Shown: positions 35,813-46,134, counted from the first letter of the stretch. The stretch is 64,000 bases of DNA from an uncultured Clostridium sp. (GCA_964629615.1 CAZVUD010000001.1:89795-153794); one strand, 5' to 3'. Program-made: numbers and translations. Notes: generated by a model from the sequence alone, not told the origin.

Positions 35813-36964
35813 ATGCACGGTTTTTTCTTGAGAACTGCAGTTCATTTCGATGAAAATGCACTTTCCAGACTTGCACAGCTGAAATATGACAAGGTCTGCA
35901 TATTTGCAGATCCCTTTACAGTTTCAAGCGGACTTATTAAGCTCGCAACAAAGCATCTTGACGATGCAAATATCAAGTACAGCATATTTTCAAACATCGT
36001 GCCCGATCCTTCCATCGAAAAGGTCGCTGAGGGCGTTGCCGCTCTCACAAGTGAGATGGCTCCCTGCCTTATCGCGATAGGCGGCGGCTCTGCCATTGAC
36101 CTTGCAAAATGTGTGCGCCTCTTTGCACGCAAGCTGAACCCCGACTATTTTCCCTACTTCATCGCAGTTCCCACCACGAGCGGAACAGGCAGTGAGGTAA
36201 CATCATTTGCCGTTGTTACTGACACAGCACAGGGCGTAAAGCATGCTCTTGTTGATGACGATCTGCTCCCCGATGAAGCAATACTCGATGTTGAAATGGT
36301 AAAGAGCGTGCCTGCTTCCATCACAGCCGATACAGGTATGGACGTACTCACGCATGCCATAGAAGCTTACGTAAGCACAAATTCCAATACATTTGCAGAT
36401 CTCTATGCTTCAAGAAGCGTGTTCTTGTGCCTTGAATACCTCGTTGATTCCTACAACTACGCCAAGACCGGTGATATAAAGCCAAGAGGACAGATGCATA
36501 TCGCATCAAACCTTGCAGGTATAGCATTCAACGCAGTTGGTCTCGGCATAAATCACGGTATGGCACATCAGCTCGGCGCGCAGTTCCACATTCCGCACGG
36601 CAGAGCAAATGCGATACTTCTTCCCCACATAATCGAATACAATGCAGGTCTTACTTATACAAGCTACATCGACAAGGAGAATTTCGCGCTTAAGAGATAC
36701 GCGCACCTTGCAAGAAAATTCGGTGTCGGTAATCACAATGATATAATCAGCGTGCAGACATTCGTAGCTCACATCAGACAGATGCAAAAGGATATGAATG
36801 TCCCCGTATGTGTAAGCGACGCTTGCCCCAACCTCTCGCGCGAGGAATACATCTCAAAGATCCCTGCTATGGTATCAGCCGCACTCGCTGACAGATGCAC
36901 ACCCACAAATCCGAGAGTTCCCATGGCACACGAGCTTGCAAAGATATTTGAAAACATTTGGTAA
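35813..36964 (+). CDS. Iron-containing (group III) alcohol dehydrogenase
   Basis: 383 aa. LIAIGGGSAIDLAKC, TTSGTGSEVT and the His-rich metal-site region (GMAHQLGAQFHIPHG). Confidence 0.8.
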   Translation: MHGFFLRTAVHFDENALSRLAQLKYDKVCIFADPFTVSSGLIKLATKHLDDANIKYSIFSNIVPDPSIEKVAEGVAALTSEMAPCLIAIGGGSAIDLAKCVRLFARKLNPDYFPYFIAVPTTSGTGSEVTSFAVVTDTAQGVKHALVDDDLLPDEAILDVEMVKSVPASITADTGMDVLTHAIEAYVSTNSNTFADLYASRSVFLCLEYLVDSYNYAKTGDIKPRGQMHIASNLAGIAFNAVGLGINHGMAHQLGAQFHIPHGRANAILLPHIIEYNAGLTYTSYIDKENFALKRYAHLARKFGVGNHNDIISVQTFVAHIRQMQKDMNVPVCVSDACPNLSREEYISKIPAMVSAALADRCTPTNPRVPMAHELAKIFENIW

Positions 36965-36977
36965 TAAACATATTTAC

Positions 36978-37027
36978 AAAACAGCATCCCCAACGAAAGC
37001 TATCGTTTGAGATGCTGTTTTTTGAAT
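36978..37027 (+). terminator. Rho-independent terminator
   Basis: aaaacagcatc...gatgctgtttt followed by a T-run. Confidence 0.65.
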
Positions 37028-37073
37028 ACTTACCTGCCCTTTTCCATATAATAATAAAAAACGGCAGGCGGAT

Positions 37074-37814
37074 ATGAACAAGAGCAACACTTTTTTCATC
37101 AAATACTCTATCATAACATTGATAATTTGCGCACTTGTGTGCGTTATCATTATATTTTCATCCAATATCACAGGTGCGAGCGAGCAAAGCTCATACGCAT
37201 CTGAAGAAGGATCTCCCGTAACAGTTATAATTGATGCTGGTCACGGCGGAGAGGACGGAGGCACGCAAAGCAGGGATGGTCTGCTTGAAAAGGATCTGAA
37301 TCTTGATATAGCAAAACGATTGAGCCTGCTTTTTTCACAAAACGGCGTAAATGTAATAATGACACGCAGTGACGACAGGCTTCTCTACGACAAAAATGGT
37401 GACTACAAGGGGCGAAAAAAAGCCCTTGATGCGCAGGCAAGACTGAATATCGCAAGCGAAGATCCGAATGCAATATTTATAAGCATACACCAAAACTATT
37501 TTTCAAGCTCGCAGTACAGCGGACTTCAGGTGTGGTATTCAGGCAATGACAACAGATCCATGGAGCTTGCGCAATATATACAGAACGGTGTAAAAAGCAC
37601 GCTCCAACCCAATAACAACCGACAGACAAAGCTTGCGGGCAGTAACATATATCTGCTTGAGCATATAAAAAACCCTGCGGTGCTTATAGAATGCGGATTT
37701 CTGTCAAATCCCGAGGAAGCCAAAAGGCTGTCAGACCCCACGTACAGACAAAATCTTTCAGAGGTGATATACAGATCCGTGACAGAATATATAAAAATGT
37801 CAGAAAAAGCTTGA
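37074..37814 (+). CDS. cwlD: N-acetylmuramoyl-L-alanine amidase, CwlD-like (Amidase_3) with N-terminal TM
   Basis: An N-terminal TM, then VIIDAGHGGEDGGT...ISIHQN...ECGFLSNPEE. Size and layout match the germination-specific CwlD. Confidence 0.65.
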   Translation: MNKSNTFFIKYSIITLIICALVCVIIIFSSNITGASEQSSYASEEGSPVTVIIDAGHGGEDGGTQSRDGLLEKDLNLDIAKRLSLLFSQNGVNVIMTRSDDRLLYDKNGDYKGRKKALDAQARLNIASEDPNAIFISIHQNYFSSSQYSGLQVWYSGNDNRSMELAQYIQNGVKSTLQPNNNRQTKLAGSNIYLLEHIKNPAVLIECGFLSNPEEAKRLSDPTYRQNLSEVIYRSVTEYIKMSEKA

Positions 37815-37845
37815 GATAAGGCAAAATGCCTATCTCAAGCTTTTG

Positions 37846-38538
37846 TTATATATCTTCATGCGACAAGATATCAGAAAAAATATCCCAAGGATATCCGCCC
37901 ATAGGGCGCGACATGACAGATATCTCCTTACCGCTTACGGGATGTATAAAGCTGCATCTGTATGACCAAAGCGCGCAGCTGCACCTGTTATCACGGCTCC
38001 CGTATTTTCCGTCGCCGCAGAGGGGATGCGCGCGCGAGGACAGCTGAACTCTTATCTGGTGTGTCCTGCCTGTAAGCAGCCTTACCGAAAGCAATGTGAC
38101 ATCCTCGCCCTTATCATTTTGTCTGACGGCGATAGATCTATACTGCAAAACAGCCTCCTTTGCGCCTTTTCGGCTTCCCTTGACGGCAAATGACTTGTTT
38201 TTTGTACGGTCATGATAAAGATGATCTCTCATCTCACCTTCACCTGTGAGCCTTCCGTGGCATACGCAGACATACTCCTTTATGCGATCCTGCGACAGTG
38301 CTTCCGAAAGTGAGCCTGTAAGCTTCTTGTCCTTCGAATATACGATAACGCCGCCCGTGACCGCATCCAGCCTGTGCAGAACGCCTATATATTCGTCCTC
38401 GCCCTTGCTTCTGCGATATTCCTGCAATGTACGCGGCAAGCATTCCCCACCGTCGTCCCTGCTTTGCGATATCGCACCGACAGGCTTTTCGACGATCAAA
38501 ATATATTTATCCTCATAAAGGATCACGATATCATTCAT
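37846..38538 (-). CDS. RluA-family pseudouridine synthase
   Basis: LIVEKPVG...HRLDAVTGGVIVYSK (catalytic Asp motif)...GRTHQIRVQL. The start was trimmed to MNDIVILYED, which has a GAGG RBS. Confidence 0.8.
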   Translation of the reverse strand: MNDIVILYEDKYILIVEKPVGAISQSRDDGGECLPRTLQEYRRSKGEDEYIGVLHRLDAVTGGVIVYSKDKKLTGSLSEALSQDRIKEYVCVCHGRLTGEGEMRDHLYHDRTKNKSFAVKGSRKGAKEAVLQYRSIAVRQNDKGEDVTLLSVRLLTGRTHQIRVQLSSRAHPLCGDGKYGSRDNRCSCALWSYRCSFIHPVSGKEISVMSRPMGGYPWDIFSDILSHEDI

Positions 38539-38600
38539 ATAAAACCTCAAATAAGAGAAAAGAGGATACTTTATGTGCAAGCATCCTCTTTATGTTACGA

Positions 38601-38879
38601 TCAGTCAGCGTAAACGCTTACCTGCTTCTTACCGTTTGCCTTATGCTCAAACTTAACTCTACCGTCAATAAGTGCGAAGAGTGTGTCATCCTTACCGATA
38701 CCAACGTTGTTACCGGGATGGATAGCAGTGCCTCTCTGTCTAACAAGAATGTTTCCTGCGAGAACTGCCTGGCCGTCTGCTCTCTTAACGCCAAGACGCT
38801 TGGACTCACTGTCACGGCCGTTCTTTGTAGAACCTACGCCCTTCTTATGAGCAAAGAACTGTAAACTAAGCTTTACCAT
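38601..38879 (-). CDS. rpmA: 50S ribosomal protein L27 (with cleavable N-terminal extension)
   Basis: MVKLSLQFF|[24 protein letters not shown] chose the start at the Met that gives the canonical 9-aa Prp-cleaved leader. Confidence 0.9.
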   Translation of the reverse strand: MVKLSLQFFAHKKGVGSTKNGRDSESKRLGVKRADGQAVLAGNILVRQRGTAIHPGNNVGIGKDDTLFALIDGRVKFEHKANGKKQVSVYAD

Positions 38880-38921
38880 TATCTTTACCTCCAAAAATTT
38901 AATATGCGTGTGACGTATAAA

Positions 38922-39287
38922 TTAAACGTCATCATAGGGTTTGTCAACTACCGTAAGATCAAGGTAGTCATAGTATTCGTCCAACATATCCTCTATTTGC
39001 TTATAGTAAGCTAAGAAGATACCCGATACTGCGTATCTTTTCATCTCGTCCTCCTCAAATTCGGGGAGAGCGGACTTGGACTTGATTCGAATGTCAGCTG
39101 TATTCTCGTCGATCGTATAATCAATATGCGAATCGTAAGCGACCTCTATCGTATTGATAATGAGCATCGTCATGGCAGACAGTGCAGCGCAGAGGACATC
39201 ATCACCCTCTTCACCGTAGCCTGTGTGACCCTGCTCCTTGAAGCCGTAAAAAACACCGCCACTTCTGAAAAAAACGAGCTTTGTCAT
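38922..39287 (-). CDS. prp: Ribosomal-processing cysteine protease Prp
   Basis: It lies between rplU and rpmA and carries GHTGYGEEGDDVLCAALSAM (His/Cys dyad). Confidence 0.8.
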   Translation of the reverse strand: MTKLVFFRSGGVFYGFKEQGHTGYGEEGDDVLCAALSAMTMLIINTIEVAYDSHIDYTIDENTADIRIKSKSALPEFEEDEMKRYAVSGIFLAYYKQIEDMLDEYYDYLDLTVVDKPYDDV

Positions 39288-39300
39288 ATCACTCTAAGGA

Positions 39301-39609
39301 TCAGCCAACAATGCTTGTGATCTGGATCTTAGTGTAGGGCTGTCTGTGACCCATCTTCTTCTTCTCGTTCTTCTTGGACTTGTACTTCATTACATAGATC
39401 TTCTTGCCCTTGCCATTCTTCTGAACGACACCTGTAACCTTTGCACCCTCAACCGTGGGAGTACCGGCCTTGAAGCCTGCCTCAGTAGACAATGCAACAA
39501 CATCAAATGTAACTTCTTCACCCTCAGCGCAGTTAAGCTTTTCAACAAAGATAATATCCTGCTCTGTAACTTTGTACTGCTTTCCGCCTGTTGTAATAAT
39601 TGCGAACAC
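39301..39609 (-). CDS. rplU: 50S ribosomal protein L21
   Basis: (M)FAIITTGGKQYKV... A GTG start at 39609 lies 6 nt after the AGAGAGGTG RBS. The ORF-track start at 39618 is another GTG lying within that RBS. Confidence 0.9.
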   Translation of the reverse strand: MFAIITTGGKQYKVTEQDIIFVEKLNCAEGEEVTFDVVALSTEAGFKAGTPTVEGAKVTGVVQKNGKGKKIYVMKYKSKKNEKKKMGHRQPYTKIQITSIVG

Positions 39610-39701
39610 GAAAAGCACCTCTCTTTCATATAAGTCTCGCTAAACAATGGCGGTGTCAAATAATGACGCACTTAAAAAAGCCATTTTTACGCGGCATTCT
39701 A

Positions 39702-39730
39702 ATTATACCAAAACATATGCATTTTGTCAA
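39702..39730 (-). promoter_or_regulatory. Sigma-A promoter of rplU-prp-rpmA
   Basis: The minus strand reads TTGACA-17 nt-TATAAT, leaving a ~85-nt leader. Confidence 0.65.
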
Positions 39731-39807
39731 TAGCTTTTTCGAAAAAAATCGCAGCTTTTGGCATAGATATTTAATCGTCAAAAATTGCATAAGATCCCAT
39801 TTAACAG

Positions 39808-39836
39808 TTGACATAATACGCAAAACAAGCTATAAT
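39808..39836 (+). promoter_or_regulatory. Sigma-A promoter
   Basis: TTGACA-17 nt-TATAAT upstream of 39873. Confidence 0.6.
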
Positions 39837-39872
39837 TAAATTATTAACACGAACACTTGGAGATATATTGAC

Positions 39873-40856
39873 ATGAGATATAAAAAGCTACACTCTGAGC
39901 TTGCACATATGCGAGCCGAAAGCGCTCACCTTCTATCAGACGCGTTTTACAGAAAAAAGAATATGACAAACAGAGATCTCGCGGCATACACAGGGCTTTC
40001 CGAGGTCAGCGTGGCAAAGGCTTCCGACATTCTTTTCGACAGTGGAATGATATCCGAGGACAAATACACAAATCCGGACACGGGACGCGAATGCTCACGG
40101 ATGTCCCTATACAAAAATAACAGCTTTATTCTGTGCGATCTCAGCCTAAAAAGCTGTACCATGCTCTGCCTTGACGGCTCATTTAACGTGATCGCGAACT
40201 ATCATGAGAAAAAGACATTGGATGCAACATACGATGATATCGAGCGCTTTATCATCCGTGCAGAGAGCGAGCTGTCACGCCACATTACCTCATATTCGGG
40301 AATATGCGTGATATTGCCGAAGGATACCTCATCAAAGGAGGATGTCGCGCGTGCATTTGAAAATATTTTCGGACACATACCCGAAGTATTTCTCACAAGG
40401 CGCGAGTGTATAGTGTCTCTATGCGGCACTCACCTTGGACTTGACTCACCGCCCGAGAGCTTATTTTACATAAATATAGGCGAGGATCTTGAAGGATATT
40501 ACACTTCAAACGGTCTTACATGCACCTGCGACCTTGACCGATTTATATTCAAGGGTGATGGGTATGCGTACACAGACGTGGGCGAGCTGTTTTCTTCACA
40601 GGAGTTGCTCGGCATTTTGTACGAGATACTTAACAGTGCGCGTGCCCTGCTCTCCCCCACTGTCTGCATTATAGAATCCGAAAGATTTATCCTTGGCTCA
40701 CAGTCTGCGGTAAATCTATCACAGAAATTAAGGATGAGCCTTAGCGAAAAGAAAAAGCTGTATATAAGCGACAGACGTCCGTATTATTATCAGGTTGGCG
40801 CCATGGTGCATCTGACGCAGGTGCTGATGGAAAGCATACTGAAAAAACAGAAATGA
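39873..40856 (+). CDS. Putative HTH regulator with ROK/sugar-kinase-like C-terminal domain (degenerate)
   Basis: 327 aa. HTH-like NRDLAAYTGLSEVSVAKASDILFDSGMI, then an actin-fold-like start (FILCDLSLKSCTMLCLDGSFNVI). No ROK zinc motif is seen. This is a weak call. Confidence 0.3.
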   Translation: MRYKKLHSELAHMRAESAHLLSDAFYRKKNMTNRDLAAYTGLSEVSVAKASDILFDSGMISEDKYTNPDTGRECSRMSLYKNNSFILCDLSLKSCTMLCLDGSFNVIANYHEKKTLDATYDDIERFIIRAESELSRHITSYSGICVILPKDTSSKEDVARAFENIFGHIPEVFLTRRECIVSLCGTHLGLDSPPESLFYINIGEDLEGYYTSNGLTCTCDLDRFIFKGDGYAYTDVGELFSSQELLGILYEILNSARALLSPTVCIIESERFILGSQSAVNLSQKLRMSLSEKKKLYISDRRPYYYQVGAMVHLTQVLMESILKKQK

Positions 40857-40868
40857 CCACACAAAAAA

Positions 40869-40897
40869 GTCGGTGTGATGCATAGCATCACACCGAC
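40869..40897. terminator. Bidirectional rho-independent terminator
   Basis: 13-bp stem gtcggtgtgatgc/gcatcacaccgac flanked by A6 and T7. Confidence 0.75.
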
Positions 40898-40922
40898 TTT
40901 TTTTAATGTATGAATTAAATGA

Positions 40923-41330
40923 TCAGATGTACTTACGTACAACGTCGCTTGCCTCTGCTGTAGGAATGGAGGATGTAACGACGATGTTTACGCCGAGCTT
41001 TTCAGAAAGCTCATCAAGCTCCTTAACGAGCTCATCGAACTTATTAAGATCGTTCTTTGCGATCTTAAGTGCGGAGTCGATAAAGAGATCTGTAACGTCG
41101 TGATTGCTTGCAAGAATACCTGCAACAAATCCTGCCAAGGACTCTGCATCAAAAACGAGATATTCATTTGTATTTATAAGTCTTACAGTGTGCTTTACGT
41201 CAAAACGAAGTCCTGTACCCTTTTCGATACATACTACAACACCGTTTGTAGATTCAGCTGCTTCGTTAACAAGGCTGATAAGCTGCTTTGTCTTACCTGT
41301 ACCCTTAACACCGATAATCAATTTTAACAT
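40923..41330 (-). CDS. Small stand-alone P-loop NTPase-like protein
   Basis: 135 aa. Walker A at the extreme N-terminus (IIGVKGTGKTKQL) and a Walker B-like motif (DLFIDSA). The family is not recognised. Confidence 0.4.
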   Translation of the reverse strand: MLKLIIGVKGTGKTKQLISLVNEAAESTNGVVVCIEKGTGLRFDVKHTVRLINTNEYLVFDAESLAGFVAGILASNHDVTDLFIDSALKIAKNDLNKFDELVKELDELSEKLGVNIVVTSSIPTAEASDVVRKYI

Positions 41331-41421
41331 AGTTACCTCCTCGCGCCAAATTGCGCTTTGTAAATTTATAAGACCTCGGATATTTTCCGATTTTTTAAAT
41401 AATTCATGATTATTTTACTAT

Positions 41422-41450
41422 ATTATAGCATACTTTTTTGCATTTTTCAA
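41422..41450 (-). promoter_or_regulatory. Sigma-A promoter
   Basis: The minus strand reads TTGAAA-17 nt-TATAAT upstream of 41330. Confidence 0.5.
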
Positions 41451-41495
41451 GTACTTATCAATAAATTTTTTAAAAAATCATGATTTTTTTAACAA

Positions 41496-42830
41496 TTACA
41501 GGCGTGCTTCCAGCTTAGCCTTCATGTCCTCATATCCGGGCTTGCCGAGAAGCGCGAACATATTCTTTTTGTAAGCCTCAACTCCGGGCTGATTGAAGGG
41601 ATTTACACCCAGCATATAACCCGATATCGCGCAAGCTATCTCAAAGAAGTATATAAGGTATCCGAGAGAATACTCATCTCTTCCCTTGAGCTCTATAAGT
41701 ATATTCGGCACGCCGCCGTCCACATGTGCAAGCAATGTGCCCATCATAGCCGTCTTCTTAACGGTATTGAGGTCAACGCCGGCAAGGAAATTAAGACCGT
41801 CGATATTTGCACTGTCATAAGGTATCTTGAATTCAACGCCGCCATCCTCTATGGATATAACTGTTTCAAAGAGGTTTCTCATTCCGTCCTGAATATACTG
41901 ACCGAGCGAATGGAGGTCTGTCGAGAATATTACGGATGCAGGGAAAATTCCCTTTTGATCCTTACCCTCGCTCTCGCCGTAGAGCTGCTTCCACCATTCA
42001 TTCATCATTCTTGCATAAGACTCATATCCGACAAGTATCTCTGTGACCTTGCCCTTTCTGTAGAGTATGTTTCTTATAGCCGCATATCTGTAAGCGGCAT
42101 TCTTATCGATATCGTCTACCGAATATTCCGCCATAGCATCGCGAGCACCGAGCATGAGCTTGTCGATATCTATTCCTGCTACTGCAATGGGAAGAAGTCC
42201 TACTGCCGTAAGAACGGAAAATCTTCCGCCTACATCATCCGGAACCACAAAGGTCTCATATCCTGCTTCATCAGCAAAGGATTTAAGGGTTCCGCGCGCC
42301 TTGTCGGTCGTAACGAATATACGCTCTCTTGCGCCTTCCTTGCCATACTTATTTTCAAGTATCTCGCGGAATACTCTGAAAGCCACTGCAGGCTCTGTTG
42401 TAGTACCCGACTTTGAGATAACGTTTATGCAGACGTCTCTGTCACGGCAGATCTCAATCAGCTCGGATATGGAGGCGGCGCTGATGTCGCATCCTGCAAA
42501 ATATATATCAGGGGTATCCTTCTTAAGATTATTGTAATTTGAGGACTTAAGGAAGTCTATGACCGCACGCGCTCCGAGATAAGAGCCGCCTATTCCTATG
42601 GCAATAAATACGTCACAGCTCTTTTTGATCTTGTCTGCGGCAACCTTTATCCTTTCAAATTCCTCTTTGTCATAATCCCTCGGCAGCGTGGTCCAGCCAA
42701 GGAAATCATTGCCTGCTCCGCTCTTGCTTACGAGCAACTCATGTGCCGCGCTGACATGACGCTTTATATCGTCATACTCATGCGGTGCGATAAAATCGGA
42801 CAGGTATCTGTCATTAAGTCTGATAGCCAT
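41496..42830 (-). CDS. pgi: Glucose-6-phosphate isomerase
   Basis: 444 aa of the Firmicutes-type PGI: [50 protein letters not shown]. Confidence 0.9.
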   Translation of the reverse strand: MAIRLNDRYLSDFIAPHEYDDIKRHVSAAHELLVSKSGAGNDFLGWTTLPRDYDKEEFERIKVAADKIKKSCDVFIAIGIGGSYLGARAVIDFLKSSNYNNLKKDTPDIYFAGCDISAASISELIEICRDRDVCINVISKSGTTTEPAVAFRVFREILENKYGKEGARERIFVTTDKARGTLKSFADEAGYETFVVPDDVGGRFSVLTAVGLLPIAVAGIDIDKLMLGARDAMAEYSVDDIDKNAAYRYAAIRNILYRKGKVTEILVGYESYARMMNEWWKQLYGESEGKDQKGIFPASVIFSTDLHSLGQYIQDGMRNLFETVISIEDGGVEFKIPYDSANIDGLNFLAGVDLNTVKKTAMMGTLLAHVDGGVPNILIELKGRDEYSLGYLIYFFEIACAISGYMLGVNPFNQPGVEAYKKNMFALLGKPGYEDMKAKLEARL

Positions 42831-42844
42831 AATTTTTCCTCACT

Positions 42845-44092
42845 TTATGTTTTTTTTAAAGTTACAATGTAATTTACCGAATTCATGCAGTAAAAATATG
42901 CTTCCTTGATCTCGGAGGTGAATCCGTAGCCCCCGATCACCAGCACAGGTATCTCTTCTTCGCCCGCCTTTATGATCTGACGCGCGATCCTCTTATATCG
43001 GCTATCGCCGCACTTGCGTCGCCCGCTCTCGGGCGTATCGGATATGAGCTCATATTTTACAGAGAACCGTCCAAAGTGCTTTTCTATAAGCTCCGTACGC
43101 GCATCGTCTTCAGTATCTGCCGCTATCCTTATCTCGCTGTATTTGCCGCTTTCGACAAATGCGGCAACTCTGTTTGCAAGGACAGATATCTCTCCGTCAC
43201 TGCTTGCCACATCTGACATAACAAGCGGAGATACGGATATTACATCTAAAAGTCCGCACGCAGGCAAGCTCTCGATCGCATCCGATATAACGGATGGCTT
43301 AGCCTTTATACCATGCGATCGCATCATATCCACAAGCTCAAGCGCGGATATTACGGCATCGCGCAGTATATCCGATGGGCTCTTAAGCTCGTATTCCCTG
43401 CCCTTACAGCATATCGTACGGGATCTTGTGGATATGCGGACATCCTCATAATTTCGGTGTATGGACATGCGCACACCCGTTTTCTGACATTTGTCTGAAA
43501 AATCCTTGTAATATGCATTGTTTCCCGTAACCACTCCGCGGTTGACCTTGTCGATGATCTTCAGACTGTCCGATAGCATATCCTGTGACACATCTCCGTA
43601 CATTTTGGATATGACAGCATAATTAAAGAAGGGTATGACATCCGACAGAGCCTTGCCAATATCAGATGTGTTCTCAAGTATCACTATATCAGCGCCATGG
43701 CTTTTTGCTATGTAAAGAGAAAATGCAAACAAGACCTCCTGCGCCGTGCATTCACTGAGAGAATGCTTTTTTATGATCGCGCGTATACGCGAAAACACGG
43801 CATAGGTATCCTCATTTTCTGGAAATCTTCCGTTTATGCGCACGCACTTTCTCACATCTTCGCCATAAGAATCGCTTATAACGCATACAGTATATCCTGC
43901 GCCTGCAAGCATAGCCTCAATGGCACAGCACGACGCGTGCGCATATGCGCCTTCAGATACATATATATATCCGTCGCCTATATTGATCCTGCCAAGCTCA
44001 TCACAAAGACATTTCAGACGCGTCTGGGATATCTCGGTATCCAGAGCCGACGGAAGCCCGTTTATATACTTTAAGAGACCATTATATTTCAT
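42845..44092 (-). CDS. FolC/Mur-ligase-like protein with degenerate ATP-binding loop
   Basis: 415 aa with an overall FolC-like layout (TRLKCLCDELGRI...; ADIVILENTSDIG). The P-loop position reads YVSEGAYAHAS instead of H(V/I)AGTNGKGS. Confidence 0.45.
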   Translation of the reverse strand: MKYNGLLKYINGLPSALDTEISQTRLKCLCDELGRINIGDGYIYVSEGAYAHASCCAIEAMLAGAGYTVCVISDSYGEDVRKCVRINGRFPENEDTYAVFSRIRAIIKKHSLSECTAQEVLFAFSLYIAKSHGADIVILENTSDIGKALSDVIPFFNYAVISKMYGDVSQDMLSDSLKIIDKVNRGVVTGNNAYYKDFSDKCQKTGVRMSIHRNYEDVRISTRSRTICCKGREYELKSPSDILRDAVISALELVDMMRSHGIKAKPSVISDAIESLPACGLLDVISVSPLVMSDVASSDGEISVLANRVAAFVESGKYSEIRIAADTEDDARTELIEKHFGRFSVKYELISDTPESGRRKCGDSRYKRIARQIIKAGEEEIPVLVIGGYGFTSEIKEAYFYCMNSVNYIVTLKKT

Positions 44093-44131
44093 GTTTCACC
44101 TCAAAAGCGCGTCACGGCATTTCAGCTGTCA

Positions 44132-46078
44132 TCAGCATATATCCTCCACCTTAAGTATCATGGCGGTATCGCCGCTCACGCGCATGCTCTTCTCATAGGC
44201 TCTGCCGCTGAGAAGATCGGTATACCTTTTATCCTTGGGAATATCCATAACATAGCTTGCGCCTCGATTGACGACCGTCAATATCAGGCTCTCGCCCTTC
44301 TCGCGCGCAAACGCAAGGTGGCTCTCACCTCGGTCTATGATATAGAAATCTCCGTCAAAATAGCATTCATTTTCATTTCTTATCCTGCCGAGAGCCTTGT
44401 AATGCGCAAGGATCTCAGCTCTGTCGCCGCTGTCGCATTCGCTCCACGGAAACGGCATACGGCAAAAGGGATCGTGATATCCTTCAAGACCGACCTCATC
44501 GCCGTAAAACACGCTGGGTATTCCGTATACCGTGTATTGGATGACAGATGCTATCTTAAGCAGCTTGAGTGCAAACTCTCTGCTTTGCAAGCTCAGCCTT
44601 CGCACGGCAAGCTCGTCATTTGAGCCTTCAAGCTCGGAAAGCTCGCTTCCCAGCACCGTGGTTATCCTCTCGGTATCGTGCGTACCGAGCAGATTCATAA
44701 GCTTGTCCGACACTATACGCGGATATGAAGAATATATCTCGACAAGAGTGTCATACAAGCTCTCCGCATCACCGTATCGGCAAAAATCCATGATCGCATT
44801 TCTCAGTGGGTAATTCATAACGCTGTCAAGCTGTCTGCCCGAAAAATATCTTCTTCTTTTTCCGTAAGCTATCTTGTCGCATGCATTCTCCCACACCTCG
44901 CCAATTATGACAGCCTCGCCGCCACTCTCAGCCTTTGCGCCTGCGCGTATCTCGTCAAGAGCCCTGTCATTAAGCTCGTCTGCGACATCAAGACGGAATC
45001 CGCTGACGCCGCGGCGGATATATCTGCGTATAACACCGTTCTCCCCTGTGATCATATCACGGCAGGAGTCGTTACTGAGATCAAGCTTCGGCAGAACGTC
45101 TATGCCCCACCAAGATTCGTATTTGTCAGGCCATTCCTTAAAGAAATACCAATCCTTGTATGGGGATGAGCTATCGTTGTACGCGCCGCCGTCATCGTAC
45201 TTTCCGTATTTATTAAAATACACGCTGTTGTCGCCTGTGTGATTGAAAACGCCGTCAAGTATGATGCCAATGCCGCGTTTTCCTGCCTCACATATAAGCT
45301 CATCAAGTGCCTTTTCGCCGCCGAACATCTCGTCCACCTTGAAATAATTCGCCGTATCGTATTTATGGTTGGAATACGCCTCAAATATCGGGCTGAGATA
45401 AACAGTCTTTACACCAAGCTCCGAAAGGTAATCCAGCTTTTGCGCAACTCCAAAGAGCGTGCCGCCGAAAAACTCGTTATTTTTAAGGTGCCCGCCCTGA
45501 ACGCTCGCATATTCGGGGATACCGTGATCCCAATCGGGATTCATGCGTGCATCATCTCTGCATCTTATGGCATCAACATCCGCGCCCTCGCCTCTGTAAA
45601 AGCGATCCACGAATATATGATACATCACGCCGCGTCCAAAGGACACAGGTGTCCTATATCCCTTTTCGTACACGAGCATTCGCGATCTTGCGCCCTCCTT
45701 TGGTGAAAGCTCAAGATCAAGATTATTTCTCGAATGAGTAAACAGCGTATCATTGCCGCGCAAAAGCAACAGCTCATAATAGAACAGACCGTATCCGACA
45801 TCTCCGCAAAGCTCTTCTGTATCAAGCGACACAGAATATATATCGTGAACGCCGTCAGAGCCCGAAAATTCCAGCGGGAGATCTCTGTCTCCCCCGCCAT
45901 CGCGGCAGATCCTGAGTACTATTCCCATAGCACCGATAGTCCGCGAAAGCGACACCTCAAGGTCCAGCACCGTGCCGCATTCAAATGCGCCATAGAGTGT
46001 GACATCCTTGTCGCCTGCGAATTTTCTTATGATACAGTCAGTATTTTTTTCAATATCATTAAACAGTTTAGGTAACAT
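44132..46078 (-). CDS. GH13 alpha-amylase-family enzyme (neopullulanase/cyclomaltodextrinase-like)
   Basis: All four GH13 regions are intact: ILDGVFNHTG, GFRLDVADE, IIGEVWE, LLGTHDTER. Confidence 0.8.
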   Translation of the reverse strand: MLPKLFNDIEKNTDCIIRKFAGDKDVTLYGAFECGTVLDLEVSLSRTIGAMGIVLRICRDGGGDRDLPLEFSGSDGVHDIYSVSLDTEELCGDVGYGLFYYELLLLRGNDTLFTHSRNNLDLELSPKEGARSRMLVYEKGYRTPVSFGRGVMYHIFVDRFYRGEGADVDAIRCRDDARMNPDWDHGIPEYASVQGGHLKNNEFFGGTLFGVAQKLDYLSELGVKTVYLSPIFEAYSNHKYDTANYFKVDEMFGGEKALDELICEAGKRGIGIILDGVFNHTGDNSVYFNKYGKYDDGGAYNDSSSPYKDWYFFKEWPDKYESWWGIDVLPKLDLSNDSCRDMITGENGVIRRYIRRGVSGFRLDVADELNDRALDEIRAGAKAESGGEAVIIGEVWENACDKIAYGKRRRYFSGRQLDSVMNYPLRNAIMDFCRYGDAESLYDTLVEIYSSYPRIVSDKLMNLLGTHDTERITTVLGSELSELEGSNDELAVRRLSLQSREFALKLLKIASVIQYTVYGIPSVFYGDEVGLEGYHDPFCRMPFPWSECDSGDRAEILAHYKALGRIRNENECYFDGDFYIIDRGESHLAFAREKGESLILTVVNRGASYVMDIPKDKRYTDLLSGRAYEKSMRVSGDTAMILKVEDIC

Positions 46079-46134
46079 TCCAATTACTTTTACGCATTTG
46101 CAAGGTCATTGCAAATGCGTAATATTCAATTCAT

